Shown here piece by piece: positions 9,717 through 19,150 of a stretch of 64,000 nt of DNA (position 1 is the stretch's first letter; each line of letters starts with the position of its first letter). The stretch is from an uncultured Hymenobacter sp. (GTDB lineage Bacteria > Bacteroidota > Bacteroidia > Cytophagales > Hymenobacteraceae). The stretch covers positions 3,243 to 67,242 of the forward strand of contig CAXTFI010000002.1 in NCBI GenBank assembly GCA_964243255.1, given 5' to 3'. The notes below the pieces were generated by a model, which made no database searches, was not told where the DNA came from, and was given only the letters and a program-made list of their open reading frames with translations. The position numbers were made by a program, and so were the translations under genes.

Positions 9717-12700
9717 ATGCCGACCCCTTACTACCCCCGTCTGCATCGGCTCTCCACGCTGAACCTCATCTACCACGGCAGCTTCGACTACCAACTCAAT
9801 CCCTGGTGTACCAGCTTTGCCGGCGAGAGCGGGGTGGGCAAAAGCATGATAGCTGATTTGCTGCAATTAATTTTTGTAGGGGCCAGCGAGTATAAATCGG
9901 CTACGCACGCCAGGGGCAACCGCCCGCCCGAAGGATTGGTGCTGGATGACGCCGTGGCCGGTGGCAAAGGGCTGGGCTATGCTTTCCTGACGGTAGAGGT
10001 ACAAGAAAGCCGTTTTGTGGTGATTGGTTGCTACCTGGCGGCGGCCGCCCGGGTGGTAACGCCGTTCATCGTGCAGCAGGGCATCAGCTTCGCCGGCCAG
10101 TTGGAGCCGTTGAAACGGCCCCTCGGCTACCAGGATTTTTTGTCGACAGGGGGCCAAGTGTTACCGCGGGCCGATGCCGAAGCGCATATGCGGTCGAGCC
10201 AGCGGGTAACGCTCCGGTTTTTCGACCGGCTGGGCGATTATCACCGCATTCTGTACGACAACGAGATTTTGCCGCTGGACGTGAATCAGCCGGGGGTGTT
10301 GCGGAATTATGCAAAAATAATTCGGTCGTTTTCGCGCAGCGGCGATTTGGACCAGCACAAAACGAAAGACGATTTAAAGAACTTCCTTTTTGGTGAGGAA
10401 GCCAAAAAGACTATTTGGGAAGACTACCAGAAACGCATCGGCGAAATCAGCCAGCAGTTGGCCGACCATCAGCACAACACGGGCCTCATCGCGGATATAA
10501 CGGATAAGTTGACCCGGTTTCGGGGGCTGCACGAGCGCCGTCAGGTGGCCCGTAAGGCCGAAGAAGCCCTGCTATTGGCCCAGGTGATTTATCAGCAGGG
10601 CGAGGAGTTGCGGGGAACTGCCACACTCGCAGCGGCGGCGGTAGCTACGACGAATGGGCAAGCCAAGTTATTGCAGCTGGAACAGGCAGCCGCTCAGCAG
10701 CTAATGGACTCCGCACAGAAGGAGCTGGCTGACTATCTGCGGTTGAGCGAAGAGCAGAAAAAGCTGTTGGCCGAGCAGCAAGAATGGAGACAGGCCGAAT
10801 TGGCCGCTGAGCGCAAGCAGCAGGAATTGCGCCCAGCGGTCGATAAAGCCCGGCAATACCGGGAAGCAATGGCCCAGGTCACGGCTTGGCTGCGCACGCA
10901 CGGTAACCTCACCGAGCTACGGGCTACGCAACGACGGCACCAGCAAACCCGGCGGGACTACGAATTGGTAACGCGGCTGGATGAGCAACTGGTAGCCGAC
11001 AGGCTAACGACGGCTTTTGAAAACACTGGCTGGACCACGGCCCGCGCTGCGGAGCACGCCGTGGCCACCTTGCGCGAGCAGGTGGCAGAAGGTGAGCGCG
11101 GCCACGTCTTTACCGACTTGACCAATCCCGATTCGCTGGCGTGTTGGGCCTTCGAGCGCAAGCGGGCCTTGACGCTGGAGCAAGAAAGCATCCTGACGCA
11201 TTTTGGCCGCTTTGCCGAATTGCGCCGTGTAGAAGCGGAAGCGGCTCATTACCTGCACGGCCCCGACGAGCTGTTTGCACGGCCCTTGCAATTGATTGAG
11301 GGCGAGCAATCTGGGTTTTGGCTGCACTTGCAGGGCGTGCGCGTGTGGGTGCCCCGTTTGGCCCCGGCCGACTGCGCCTTCACCGATGCTAATGCCCACC
11401 GCATTACGCAGCTTTTTGCCAAGCGGCAAGAAGCCGCTCAGCACAACCTGAAGAAACTACAAGCTCGTTTGCAGCAGGAGGAAGCCGTGTACGCCGCCTT
11501 ACAGAAAGTAGCAGGCTGGCAACAGGCAATTGAGCTGGCAAGCCAGCGCGCCGTTCTCATTCAGGCAGTAGGAGCTGGGCTACTGCCCGATACCAGCATC
11601 TTCGATGAGCAGCTGGAACTATACGCCGCCGATGCCACCGTGCGCGCCGCCCATGAAGAAGCAGAAGCAGCAGCGCAAAAGGCCGACAAAACCTACACGA
11701 AAGCGCAAGTTCAGCAAGGTATCATTGGCAGTAGATTGAGTGATATCGCGGCTAAGCTTGTGGGTAAAGAGGAGTTGACGCTGACCAAAAAAAATACGAC
11801 AGCGCAACAAGCCAACACAGACGCAGAGCAGCAACTAGCTGGCTGGATGCGCGAGCACAGTATCCAGCCCGAACACCTGCCACTTGGCGAATCGGAATTG
11901 GTTTTGTTACGTGCGGATGTTGCGGCGTTGAGTGCCGCAGTAGGCACCCAGCGCACACTGGCCGGGGGGATGCGGAAAGACGAAGACGCCGCCCGGTTGC
12001 TACACGCTACGCAACTGGCGAAGCGCCAAGAAGCTACTGCCGTTTATGAAGAAAAAGCCGGGCGAACCGCACCAGCCCCGCCCGCCGTCGTGCCAGCGGC
12101 CAGCGAGGAGCCCAACGACACGGAGCATGAAGCAGCCGCGTCGGCGTATCGCAAGGAATTTGATGCATTGATGGGACGCTACCTGACGGATGCCGACAGG
12201 GAGCGGCTGAGCTATGATGATGAGTTGTCGCTGCTTATTCAGGAAGTGCTGCCCGATGTAGTACACGGCTTCGTAGAGTCGGAAGAAGCCTTGGGCTTGA
12301 TTGAAGCGCGGCTGCAAAACATCAACGAGGCCAACAATCAGATTGCCGGCTTAAAAATTCAACTGTTGCGGAGCGTATTTGTGCGGGTGCAGGAGGCTTT
12401 CGATGAATACGTGGAAGAAGCAAAGAAAATCAAGCGGTATTTTCTGGCCAAAAACGCGCAGATTACCGGCGGCTTCAGTCCCAAGCTGGACCTGACTATG
12501 TCGGACGAGTATCCCATTGGCTGGATTGGTGTTTTTGGCCAGCTGCTTAGCGAGCGAGCCGCGGGCAACTCCAGCCTCTTTGCACAGCTGAGCAGCCTGG
12601 AAAGTATGCAGGAGCTTATGCGCAAAGCCTACCTGAGTAGCGGCGGTAAGATGCAAAACGCCAAGGATACTGACCTGCTCAACCCCAAATCTTACCTGGA

Positions 12701-13109
12701 CCTGAGCTTTGACATGAAATCGCCGAGCGGGCGAATTAACCACGGTAGCACCGGGCAAACATTTATGGCCGCCGCACTGCTCAACATTGCGCGCCTTTCG
12801 GTCATTGGCGGCGGCAGCAAGCGCCCGGGCATCCGGCTGATACCCGTGGATGAGGCGCACGGGCTGGGCAGCAATTATAAAGCACTACTGGCCCTAGCCC
12901 ACGAGGAAAAATACCAGGTGATTTCGTTGTCGGTCGGCCCTATGATTGAAACCGCCAGTGCCGAACATCGGCTTTACTTCCTGGCCTTCGACCCCGACCC
13001 GAATGCCTTGTTAAACCTGCATCCCATGATGCTCAATTTTCAGCAAAAGCTGGTGCCAGCGGCACTGCCTGAGCTGCCAGCCGATAGTCTCTTTACCAAT
13101 GGTGATTAA
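9717..13109 (+). CDS. SMC-like ATPase (JetC/MksB/MukB-like), divergent
   Basis: ~1130 aa from ATG 9717, just after the upstream stop. Walker A FAGESGVGKS, coiled coils, signature GSTGQ, Walker B LIPVDEAHGLG. Confidence 0.85.
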   Translation: MPTPYYPRLHRLSTLNLIYHGSFDYQLNPWCTSFAGESGVGKSMIADLLQLIFVGASEYKSATHARGNRPPEGLVLDDAVAGGKGLGYAFLTVEVQESRFVVIGCYLAAAARVVTPFIVQQGISFAGQLEPLKRPLGYQDFLSTGGQVLPRADAEAHMRSSQRVTLRFFDRLGDYHRILYDNEILPLDVNQPGVLRNYAKIIRSFSRSGDLDQHKTKDDLKNFLFGEEAKKTIWEDYQKRIGEISQQLADHQHNTGLIADITDKLTRFRGLHERRQVARKAEEALLLAQVIYQQGEELRGTATLAAAAVATTNGQAKLLQLEQAAAQQLMDSAQKELADYLRLSEEQKKLLAEQQEWRQAELAAERKQQELRPAVDKARQYREAMAQVTAWLRTHGNLTELRATQRRHQQTRRDYELVTRLDEQLVADRLTTAFENTGWTTARAAEHAVATLREQVAEGERGHVFTDLTNPDSLACWAFERKRALTLEQESILTHFGRFAELRRVEAEAAHYLHGPDELFARPLQLIEGEQSGFWLHLQGVRVWVPRLAPADCAFTDANAHRITQLFAKRQEAAQHNLKKLQARLQQEEAVYAALQKVAGWQQAIELASQRAVLIQAVGAGLLPDTSIFDEQLELYAADATVRAAHEEAEAAAQKADKTYTKAQVQQGIIGSRLSDIAAKLVGKEELTLTKKNTTAQQANTDAEQQLAGWMREHSIQPEHLPLGESELVLLRADVAALSAAVGTQRTLAGGMRKDEDAARLLHATQLAKRQEATAVYEEKAGRTAPAPPAVVPAASEEPNDTEHEAAASAYRKEFDALMGRYLTDADRERLSYDDELSLLIQEVLPDVVHGFVESEEALGLIEARLQNINEANNQIAGLKIQLLRSVFVRVQEAFDEYVEEAKKIKRYFLAKNAQITGGFSPKLDLTMSDEYPIGWIGVFGQLLSERAAGNSSLFAQLSSLESMQELMRKAYLSSGGKMQNAKDTDLLNPKSYLDLSFDMKSPSGRINHGSTGQTFMAAALLNIARLSVIGGGSKRPGIRLIPVDEAHGLGSNYKALLALAHEEKYQVISLSVGPMIETASAEHRLYFLAFDPDPNALLNLHPMMLNFQQKLVPAALPELPADSLFTNGD

Positions 13110-14100
13110 GAATGCGTTGCTCCTCAACAAGGAATTTACCTGGCGCACCATGCGGGCCTTACAAGAACTGCGCCACCAAGGCCAAACAAAGCTGCAAGTA
13201 CTGCGCGGCAACGCATATATGCAGGACTTGCTGGCTCGCCACCTCATCGCGCGCAAGCCGCGCAACCAGCAGGTGCTGCTTAAGGTAGCGGGTTCAGGAT
13301 TCGATGATGAATTCGACAACGACATCGCTGCCGACTACACACAGGCCGAGCAGTTTTTGGTGAAGCATCAGCTAAACACCAGTTACCTGAACCACACGCT
13401 TGCTCAACTCCAAGGGCTGGCCGAGCTATTCAATAATGCCTTGCTCATTTCCCGCTCCGAGCTCAGTCGGCAAGATATCAGCAGCCAGTATATGGGCGGT
13501 AGCAAAGTGCTCAAAAAGCACCCGATGTTGTACCGCGATGCACTCAAGGTACTGGGGCTGCAGGCGATGCCTGTATCAGACCATATTTCCCAGACGGCGG
13601 TTTATAAGACGGGAGCGTTTCGGGCTCAGGTGATAGTGCTGTGCGAGAATGAGTCGTACCTAAAGCAGCCTGCCAAAGCGCAACGGGCCGGCGTGGAGCT
13701 GTTAAACGCCGGCGGCCGCAACGTAGGCAAACTCGAAAAATATTTTGTGCCCGCCGCAGATGTTTCGCTTTACTACGCCTGCGACTGGGACTATGCAGGC
13801 CTCACCATTTTTCGAACCATCGCCGCTGGCTATCGACGCCAGGGCCGGCAGATTCAACTTCTTACGCCAGTGGCAGGCGCTGAACGCAAAGCCGTACAGT
13901 CAGCCGACCATTTCAGCCAGTGGAGTTCCCGTTTATGGGATGACGACTTAGAGCCGGATGCCTTGGTGAAAGATGTTTTCTCGCCACAACAGCAGCAATT
14001 GATTACTGATTTAATGACAAAAAATGAGTGGATAGAAGAGGAGAGTAGTGAGTTTATAGCCCTGCTTAATGCCAATGGGGTAGCAAATAGCGCGCTTTAA
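13099..14100 (+). CDS. TOPRIM-fold nuclease (JetD/MksG-like)
   Basis: 333 aa with IVLCENE, NAGGRN, YYACDWDYAGLTIF (DxD) and C-terminal WIEEES, paralleling the JetD E..GG..DxD..EQE pattern. Confidence 0.75.
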   Translation: MVIKNALLLNKEFTWRTMRALQELRHQGQTKLQVLRGNAYMQDLLARHLIARKPRNQQVLLKVAGSGFDDEFDNDIAADYTQAEQFLVKHQLNTSYLNHTLAQLQGLAELFNNALLISRSELSRQDISSQYMGGSKVLKKHPMLYRDALKVLGLQAMPVSDHISQTAVYKTGAFRAQVIVLCENESYLKQPAKAQRAGVELLNAGGRNVGKLEKYFVPAADVSLYYACDWDYAGLTIFRTIAAGYRRQGRQIQLLTPVAGAERKAVQSADHFSQWSSRLWDDDLEPDALVKDVFSPQQQQLITDLMTKNEWIEEESSEFIALLNANGVANSAL

Positions 14101-14132
14101 TTAAGCGCACTAAGTTTGTTTTCAAACCAATA

Positions 14133-16259
14133 ACTCTCGTCTTTTGGCTGTCGGCCACGGCGCACATCCGCCGGGTGCTGCGCAACTTCGACTGGGCCGG
14201 GCTAGCCCAGCCCTCCGACCCGACGCAGTCGTTTCAGCCGCTGGAAAATACGCCCGACGACCAGCAGGACATCGCGCGCGCCAACGCGCAAAAGGCCGCC
14301 GTGCGGGCCAACGCACTGGCGCTGCACCAAGCCTTGCCGCTGGACATGGATACTGAATTTGGCTAGCAACTGGCCGCCATCGCCCGCAACCTCGACAACT
14401 TCGGCGAGGCCGGGCCGCACGGGCACCGGCTGCGGCGGGTGCGGCATTTTTTCGCGGTGCTGGCCCGGCTGGCCCAGCAGCACGCCGCCGGCGAACTGCC
14501 CGCGCACCAGACGCACCTGCTGTTTCTGGCCTCGGTGCGGCAGGTGGCGCAGCTGCTGCAAAAGGGCGGCGACGAAGATGGCTGCTACGGGGCCAGCCCG
14601 CTGCCGGGCGCTACCGGGCCGCTGCAACTCTACGATGTGTGGTATCGCGACGAGGCCACCGACGAGCGGCTAGCTTGCTATGTGGCCCTCTACGATGCCC
14701 GGTTTGGGCAGGCCCTGCGTGCCGACCCTACCCTGGACCGGCAATACAACGAGCTGTTCTGGCAGGGGCGGCCGGTGCTGGTGGTAACCACCTACCCATC
14801 GGCCGGCAACGGCGTCAACCTGCAATACTACCTGAGTAAGCCCGCCTACGAGGCGCAGGACGCCGCGCAAAAGCGCGATTTCCGCTACCTGCACCTGCTC
14901 GATGCGCCTTACTATTATTTCAGCGGCACCGACCAGCTGGAAGCGGCCGACCAAGAGCCGGCGGCCATCAAGCGCGACGTGTACGGGGTGATGAAGCTGC
15001 TGTACGCTAAGCTAATTTCGGAAGAGCAGGCCGTGGGCCAGCTAGGCCACGTGCGACACCTCAACCGCTTCAACCGCACCTACCTGGCCATGAGCGATGG
15101 CGTGCTGAACCAGGTGAGCGTGGTGGTGCAGGCGCTGGGGCGCATTGAGCGGGTGTGGCAGCCTATGCCCGACCAAGAGCTGTGGCTGGACGACGCGGTG
15201 TATGCCGTACTGGAAAAATTCGCCACCCGTCCCGAACTGACCGCCGACTGCCGCAACTACCTGCGCTACGCCTCGACCAACATGCAAACGCTGCTGGCGC
15301 ACATTGCCCAACAAGCTCCCGCCGAGCGCCAAGCGCTCGATGACGAAACCCTGGACCTGCACCGCCCCAACGAGGTGGCCCGCGAGCACATCCGGCAGCT
15401 AGTGCTCGATATCGAGCAATTCAAGCACACCGGCCAGCCCGCCGACACCCGCACTCGCTGGCAGCAGCTGCGCGAGGAAGTGTTGAAGCACGACCTACGC
15501 GGCCCGCAACTGCAAGCCGTGCAGGGCACTTTCTGCACCGACTACGCCCGCGATGGCCAGCTGTGGCTGAACGCCGACAACCAGGTTGCCCCGCCCCAGG
15601 TGCGCAGCGCCGATTTCGAGCCCTGGGACCTCAACGCGCTGTACCGGCCGCTCACCCGGTTTCTTGATTCATTTCTGGCCCGGCACTTTCGGCGGCAAGG
15701 CTTCGAGTTGGCCTTTCTCGACGGTGGCACCTACCTGCTGCCCTACGTGTACCAGTCCATCCTGGCCGGAGCCATTGGCGAGGAAGCGGTGGTGGCGGTG
15801 TTGCAGCACGCGGGCATCGCGGCCAGTAGCGACGGCGTGCCCGACGAGGTGTTTGAGGTGGCCGACCTGCGGGTGCACGACCGCCCCATTTTCATCGACT
15901 GCAAAAACTACGGCGTGCGCACGCAGCGGCAGTTTGCGCTATTGCCCGACGACCCACTCTACCACCCCAAGCTCAACGAGCCGCACTTCGTGGACGGCAT
16001 GGTGCGCAAGTGGCAGCGCCTGCACGCTGCCCTGCCGCCCGGCCAAACCGAGCCCTGCCGCCTGCTCATCATGAACCTGCTGGTGGACGACAGCGCTGCC
16101 CTGCGCTACTACGACGAGCAGTTCCGGTCGGTGGCCGACTGGGCGGCGGCCCGCCTCGTGGTGCTGACCGGCGTGCTGCTGCCCCAGCCGCCTTCCGCCC
16201 AAAACCTGCTCACCCCGGCCTGCCAGGCTCTGCTACAATCCATCAAGTTTCACCAATAA
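14133..16259 (+). pseudogene. DdmD-like SF2 helicase-PD-(D/E)XK nuclease, C-terminal part only, with in-frame TAG at 14364-14366
   Basis: One frame reads LVFWLSATA (motif III), TTYPSAGNGVNL (V), QALGRIER (VI), then GAIGEE..EVAD..FIDCKNY (nuclease). Walker A/B are absent. Confidence 0.75.
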
Positions 16260-16275
16260 GCCCCACCTCCGCCTT

Positions 16276-18471
16276 ATGGCTACTTCACCTTCTCCCGCTA
16301 AGCCTATGCCCGTCAAGGAAATCATGGTGGCTACCAACCAGCTGCATATCAAGCCGCCCACCGACTGGGCCGCCCTGCTGGGCAAGTACAGCCTCTGGTG
16401 CTACCGGCTCTCGGACGAGCAAAACCGCTTTCGCAAGTTTGCCGATGGCCGGTTCTTCAGCCGGTTCACCAACGACTACAAAAACAAGTTCGACCAGCCA
16501 TTTTACTTCTTCACCTTCGACCAGCCCGGCGCGTCGCTCTACACCCTGCTGCCCGCCGAGGCCGTGCCGCGCCCCTGGTACTACCACTTCGGCAACCCGC
16601 AGGAAGTTGCGCCCCAGGAAATCATCGCCGAGCGGGTGAGCCCCGACGAGCTGCGCCCGCATGTGCTGCTCAAGCTGATGTTGGCACTTTGCTTCTACGA
16701 AAATGGCCCCAGCGAGCGCGACCGCCGCGTGTGCCAAAGCAAGTTTTATCTGCGTGTGAAAAGCCAGGCTAGCGGCAAATACCTAACGGCCGTGGAGGTG
16801 CAACCCGTGGTAGAGGAGCGCCACACAAGCCACACCCTCACCATCAAGGTAGAGGCCAACACCTTTGAGCGCATCGAGCCGGCGAAAGTCAGCAGCTACG
16901 CCCATCTAGGGGCTTTCTACGAACTGTTTGAAAGCCGGGGCCACACGTATTTGCGGCAGCTGCGGCCTAGCCAGGTGGCTACATTCACGCGGGAGCTGTA
17001 TCAGCAGCGCACCTTCACGGGCCAGCGCACGCAGGCCGACTGGCACCACAACGGCAGCGCCAAGCACCCGCAGCAGTACCAGGAAAGCCGCTCGTATCAG
17101 GTGCGGCACGTGCAGGAGCGCTTGAGCCGCTTTCTGACCCGTTACGGGTTTAGTGTAGCGATAGCCGAGGAGCCTATGCAGCGCCAGAAACCGAGTAAGG
17201 AGACGCTGCCGCTGCACTGCCTGCCCGTGGTGCAGGTAGTAGATAACCGCCTCAACCAAGCTGCCGTGCCCGTTGCTGACTACCTGAGGTGGCTGAATGC
17301 GCACTTATTCACGCAGGGCAAAACGAAGCATACGCTCCCTTTCGAACTGGTAGAAGCCGGTAAAGTGGATGCCACGCGCCCGGTGCTGGCGCTGCTCGAC
17401 GCCGACCGCCCAGCCTTCGAAACCACTGACCGGCAGCTGGGCTTGCTAGCCTTGGCCGGGCATCAAGACCCGTACCGCCTGCTGTACGCGAAGCTGCCAG
17501 CTGCCGTGAGGCAGTCGCTGAACGTCAACCCCAACGCGGTAGAGGATTACACGGTAGCCGAAGATTTTCTGCGCTACGATGCGCCGGTTTCTATCGTTCC
17601 GCCATCTGACGACCAAGTAGTAGTTGCCGATGTGTCCGTCGAGCCAGCCGCTACGGAGCCCTTACCTGTAGACGATGCCGCCCCCGAATCGGAGTAAGAA
17701 AAGAAGGCCAGGTTAAAAGCCGCTCGGCAGGCCAAGCAGGCAAAGACGCTAGCCCTCAAGCTCGACGTGTGCCTGAGCGAGCTATGGCTAAAGTGGGTAA
17801 TTGCGGGCAAGGCTACTGCTGAGGCCGGTGGCGCTTCCCTGCCGCTGCTGCACCAGCTCACCGATGAGTGGGGCTTCATCACCAGCAACTGGCTGCTGTA
17901 CTTCGAACAAGGCACGCTGCGGTTTGCCGATGTAGATACTCCTGAAGGCAAGCGGCTTCTTAAAGCCCGCTTCACTCCTTGGAGCGAACTGAAGCAGCGC
18001 TTCTTGAGCCGCCAGCCGAAGTACGCTTCCCTGAAGCCAGGCGACGAAAAGGCCGAAGCTGCGCTGCGCAAAGCGCACTTCGTGCTCATTGGCCGCGTTG
18101 CCCTAGAAATTGAGCAAACCGAGGCCATTGCCATGCCCAACTGGCCCGTTATCGAGATGATAAAGGCTGCAGAACCGGGAGCGTCTGCCCGGTCACTAGC
18201 CGCGCTGGGGGTGTACGCGGGTGGGGTATGGGCGTCTCCCCAGCGTCATCACTACCTCGTGAGCGGGGCCACTTCCAGCCAGGGAGCCGAGCCGCGCGGC
18301 CACCATGTCTACCAGGTGCATCCCTACGCGCCAGTTTCGGCTGAGCAGCTGGCTACTCTCTGCACGCTGCTGACGGTCACGTTTGTGCGCCGTAATCAGT
18401 TTACTATCTGGCCTTATCCCTTCGACTTGCTTCGGCTGCATCAGGAAATGGCGTTGCCGTTGACCAGTTAA
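16276..18471 (+). pseudogene. DdmE-like Argonaute-related protein interrupted by in-frame TAA at 17695-17697
   Basis: ORFs 16276-17697 and 17767-18471 share a frame (~730 aa joined). N-terminal TNQLHI and C-terminal TVTFVRRNQFTIWPYPFDLLR resemble DdmE as I recall it. Lies 16 bp after the helicase-nuclease. Confidence 0.65.
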
Positions 18472-18482
18472 GAGTGAACCAG

Positions 18483-18530
18483 CAAAATCCTAAGCGCAAG
18501 TCCACTCAGAGGCTTACGCTTAGGATTTTG
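18483..18530 (+). terminator. Strong hairpin terminator after the DdmDE-like pair (possibly bidirectional)
   Basis: CAAAATCCTAAGCG / CGCTTAGGATTTTG perfect 14-bp stem starting 11 bp after the stop. Confidence 0.75.
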
Positions 18531-18879
18531 AGCAGGTATTCCATAGTTGGTCTGTTAATATCGACCACCAGTATGCAGCTACGGTACACCCTGATGAGCA
18601 TCTGGCAGCACTACCTGTTACCTCCTTCGCATTGCTCTACGTTGTCAGCCAACTCCTGCTGCCCTCGCAGGCTAACACAGCCAATACAAAAATCGGCACG
18701 GATGGAGTGAGCCAACGAGTTACGAAGCGTTGGTAGCGGTTACTAACCGATGTTATCGAAAATGCCGAGCACTTGCAGAAGAGATTTGCGTCGAAGATAG
18801 TAGATACACACAACTTGATGCTTAAGCTTAATAATACGCGCCGTACAAATTGCGCCTTGAGACTACGGAACGACTCGCT

Positions 18880-18900
18880 TGTTTTACCTATGTTTTACCC
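18880..18900 (+). repeat. Tandem arm-type-like integrase sites, left of the att core
   Basis: TGTTTTACC at 18880 and TGTTTTACCC at 18891. Confidence 0.55.
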
Positions 18901-18907
18901 GCAAAAG

Positions 18908-18944
18908 AAAACACCCTGCAAGTCGTTGACCTACAGGGTGTTTT
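18908..18944 (-). terminator. Intrinsic terminator downstream of the tRNA 3' fragment
   Basis: Minus strand AAAACACCCTGTAGGTC-AAC-GACTTGCAGGGTGTTTT followed by CTTTT; fully paired with G-U on the - strand. Confidence 0.7.
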
Positions 18945-18955
18945 TAGCATGTGTT

Positions 18956-18970
18956 GTAGTCCGTAGGGGA
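18956..18970 (-). other. att core: duplicated 3' end of a tRNA-Glu gene
   Basis: Minus strand TCCCCTACGGACTAC matches the Bacteroidota tRNA-Glu(TTC) 3' end as I recall it. The rest of the tRNA is absent. Lies 180 bp upstream of the integrase. Confidence 0.75.
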
Positions 18971-19084
18971 CACCAGTAATTGCACTCGGGTACGTCAAAA
19001 TACGTTCAAATGCTCTTTAAAGGTGCTTTCAGGCTACGTTCGTTAGGCAATTGAACGCATAATTATGCACTTAAACGTCATAAA

Positions 19085-19106
19085 TGTTGTACCCATTGTT
19101 GTACCC
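19085..19106 (+). repeat. Tandem arm-type-like integrase sites, right of the att core
   Basis: TGTTGTACCC at 19085 and 19097. Confidence 0.6.
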
Positions 19107-19150
19107 CTTACCAAGTTGGTTGTATTTTCGTGGAACAAATACCTTAGTAT

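Noticed and set aside
7674-14115. GCGCACTTAGT (7674) / GCGCACTAAGT (14105) as cassette-flanking direct repeats
   Set aside because: Only 10 of 11 bp match, and the left copy is ~75 bp inside the jetA breakpoint; compatible with chance.
18900-19030. Complete tRNA gene
   Set aside because: Only the last 15 nt are present; there is no T-loop GTTCGA, anticodon arm or D arm.
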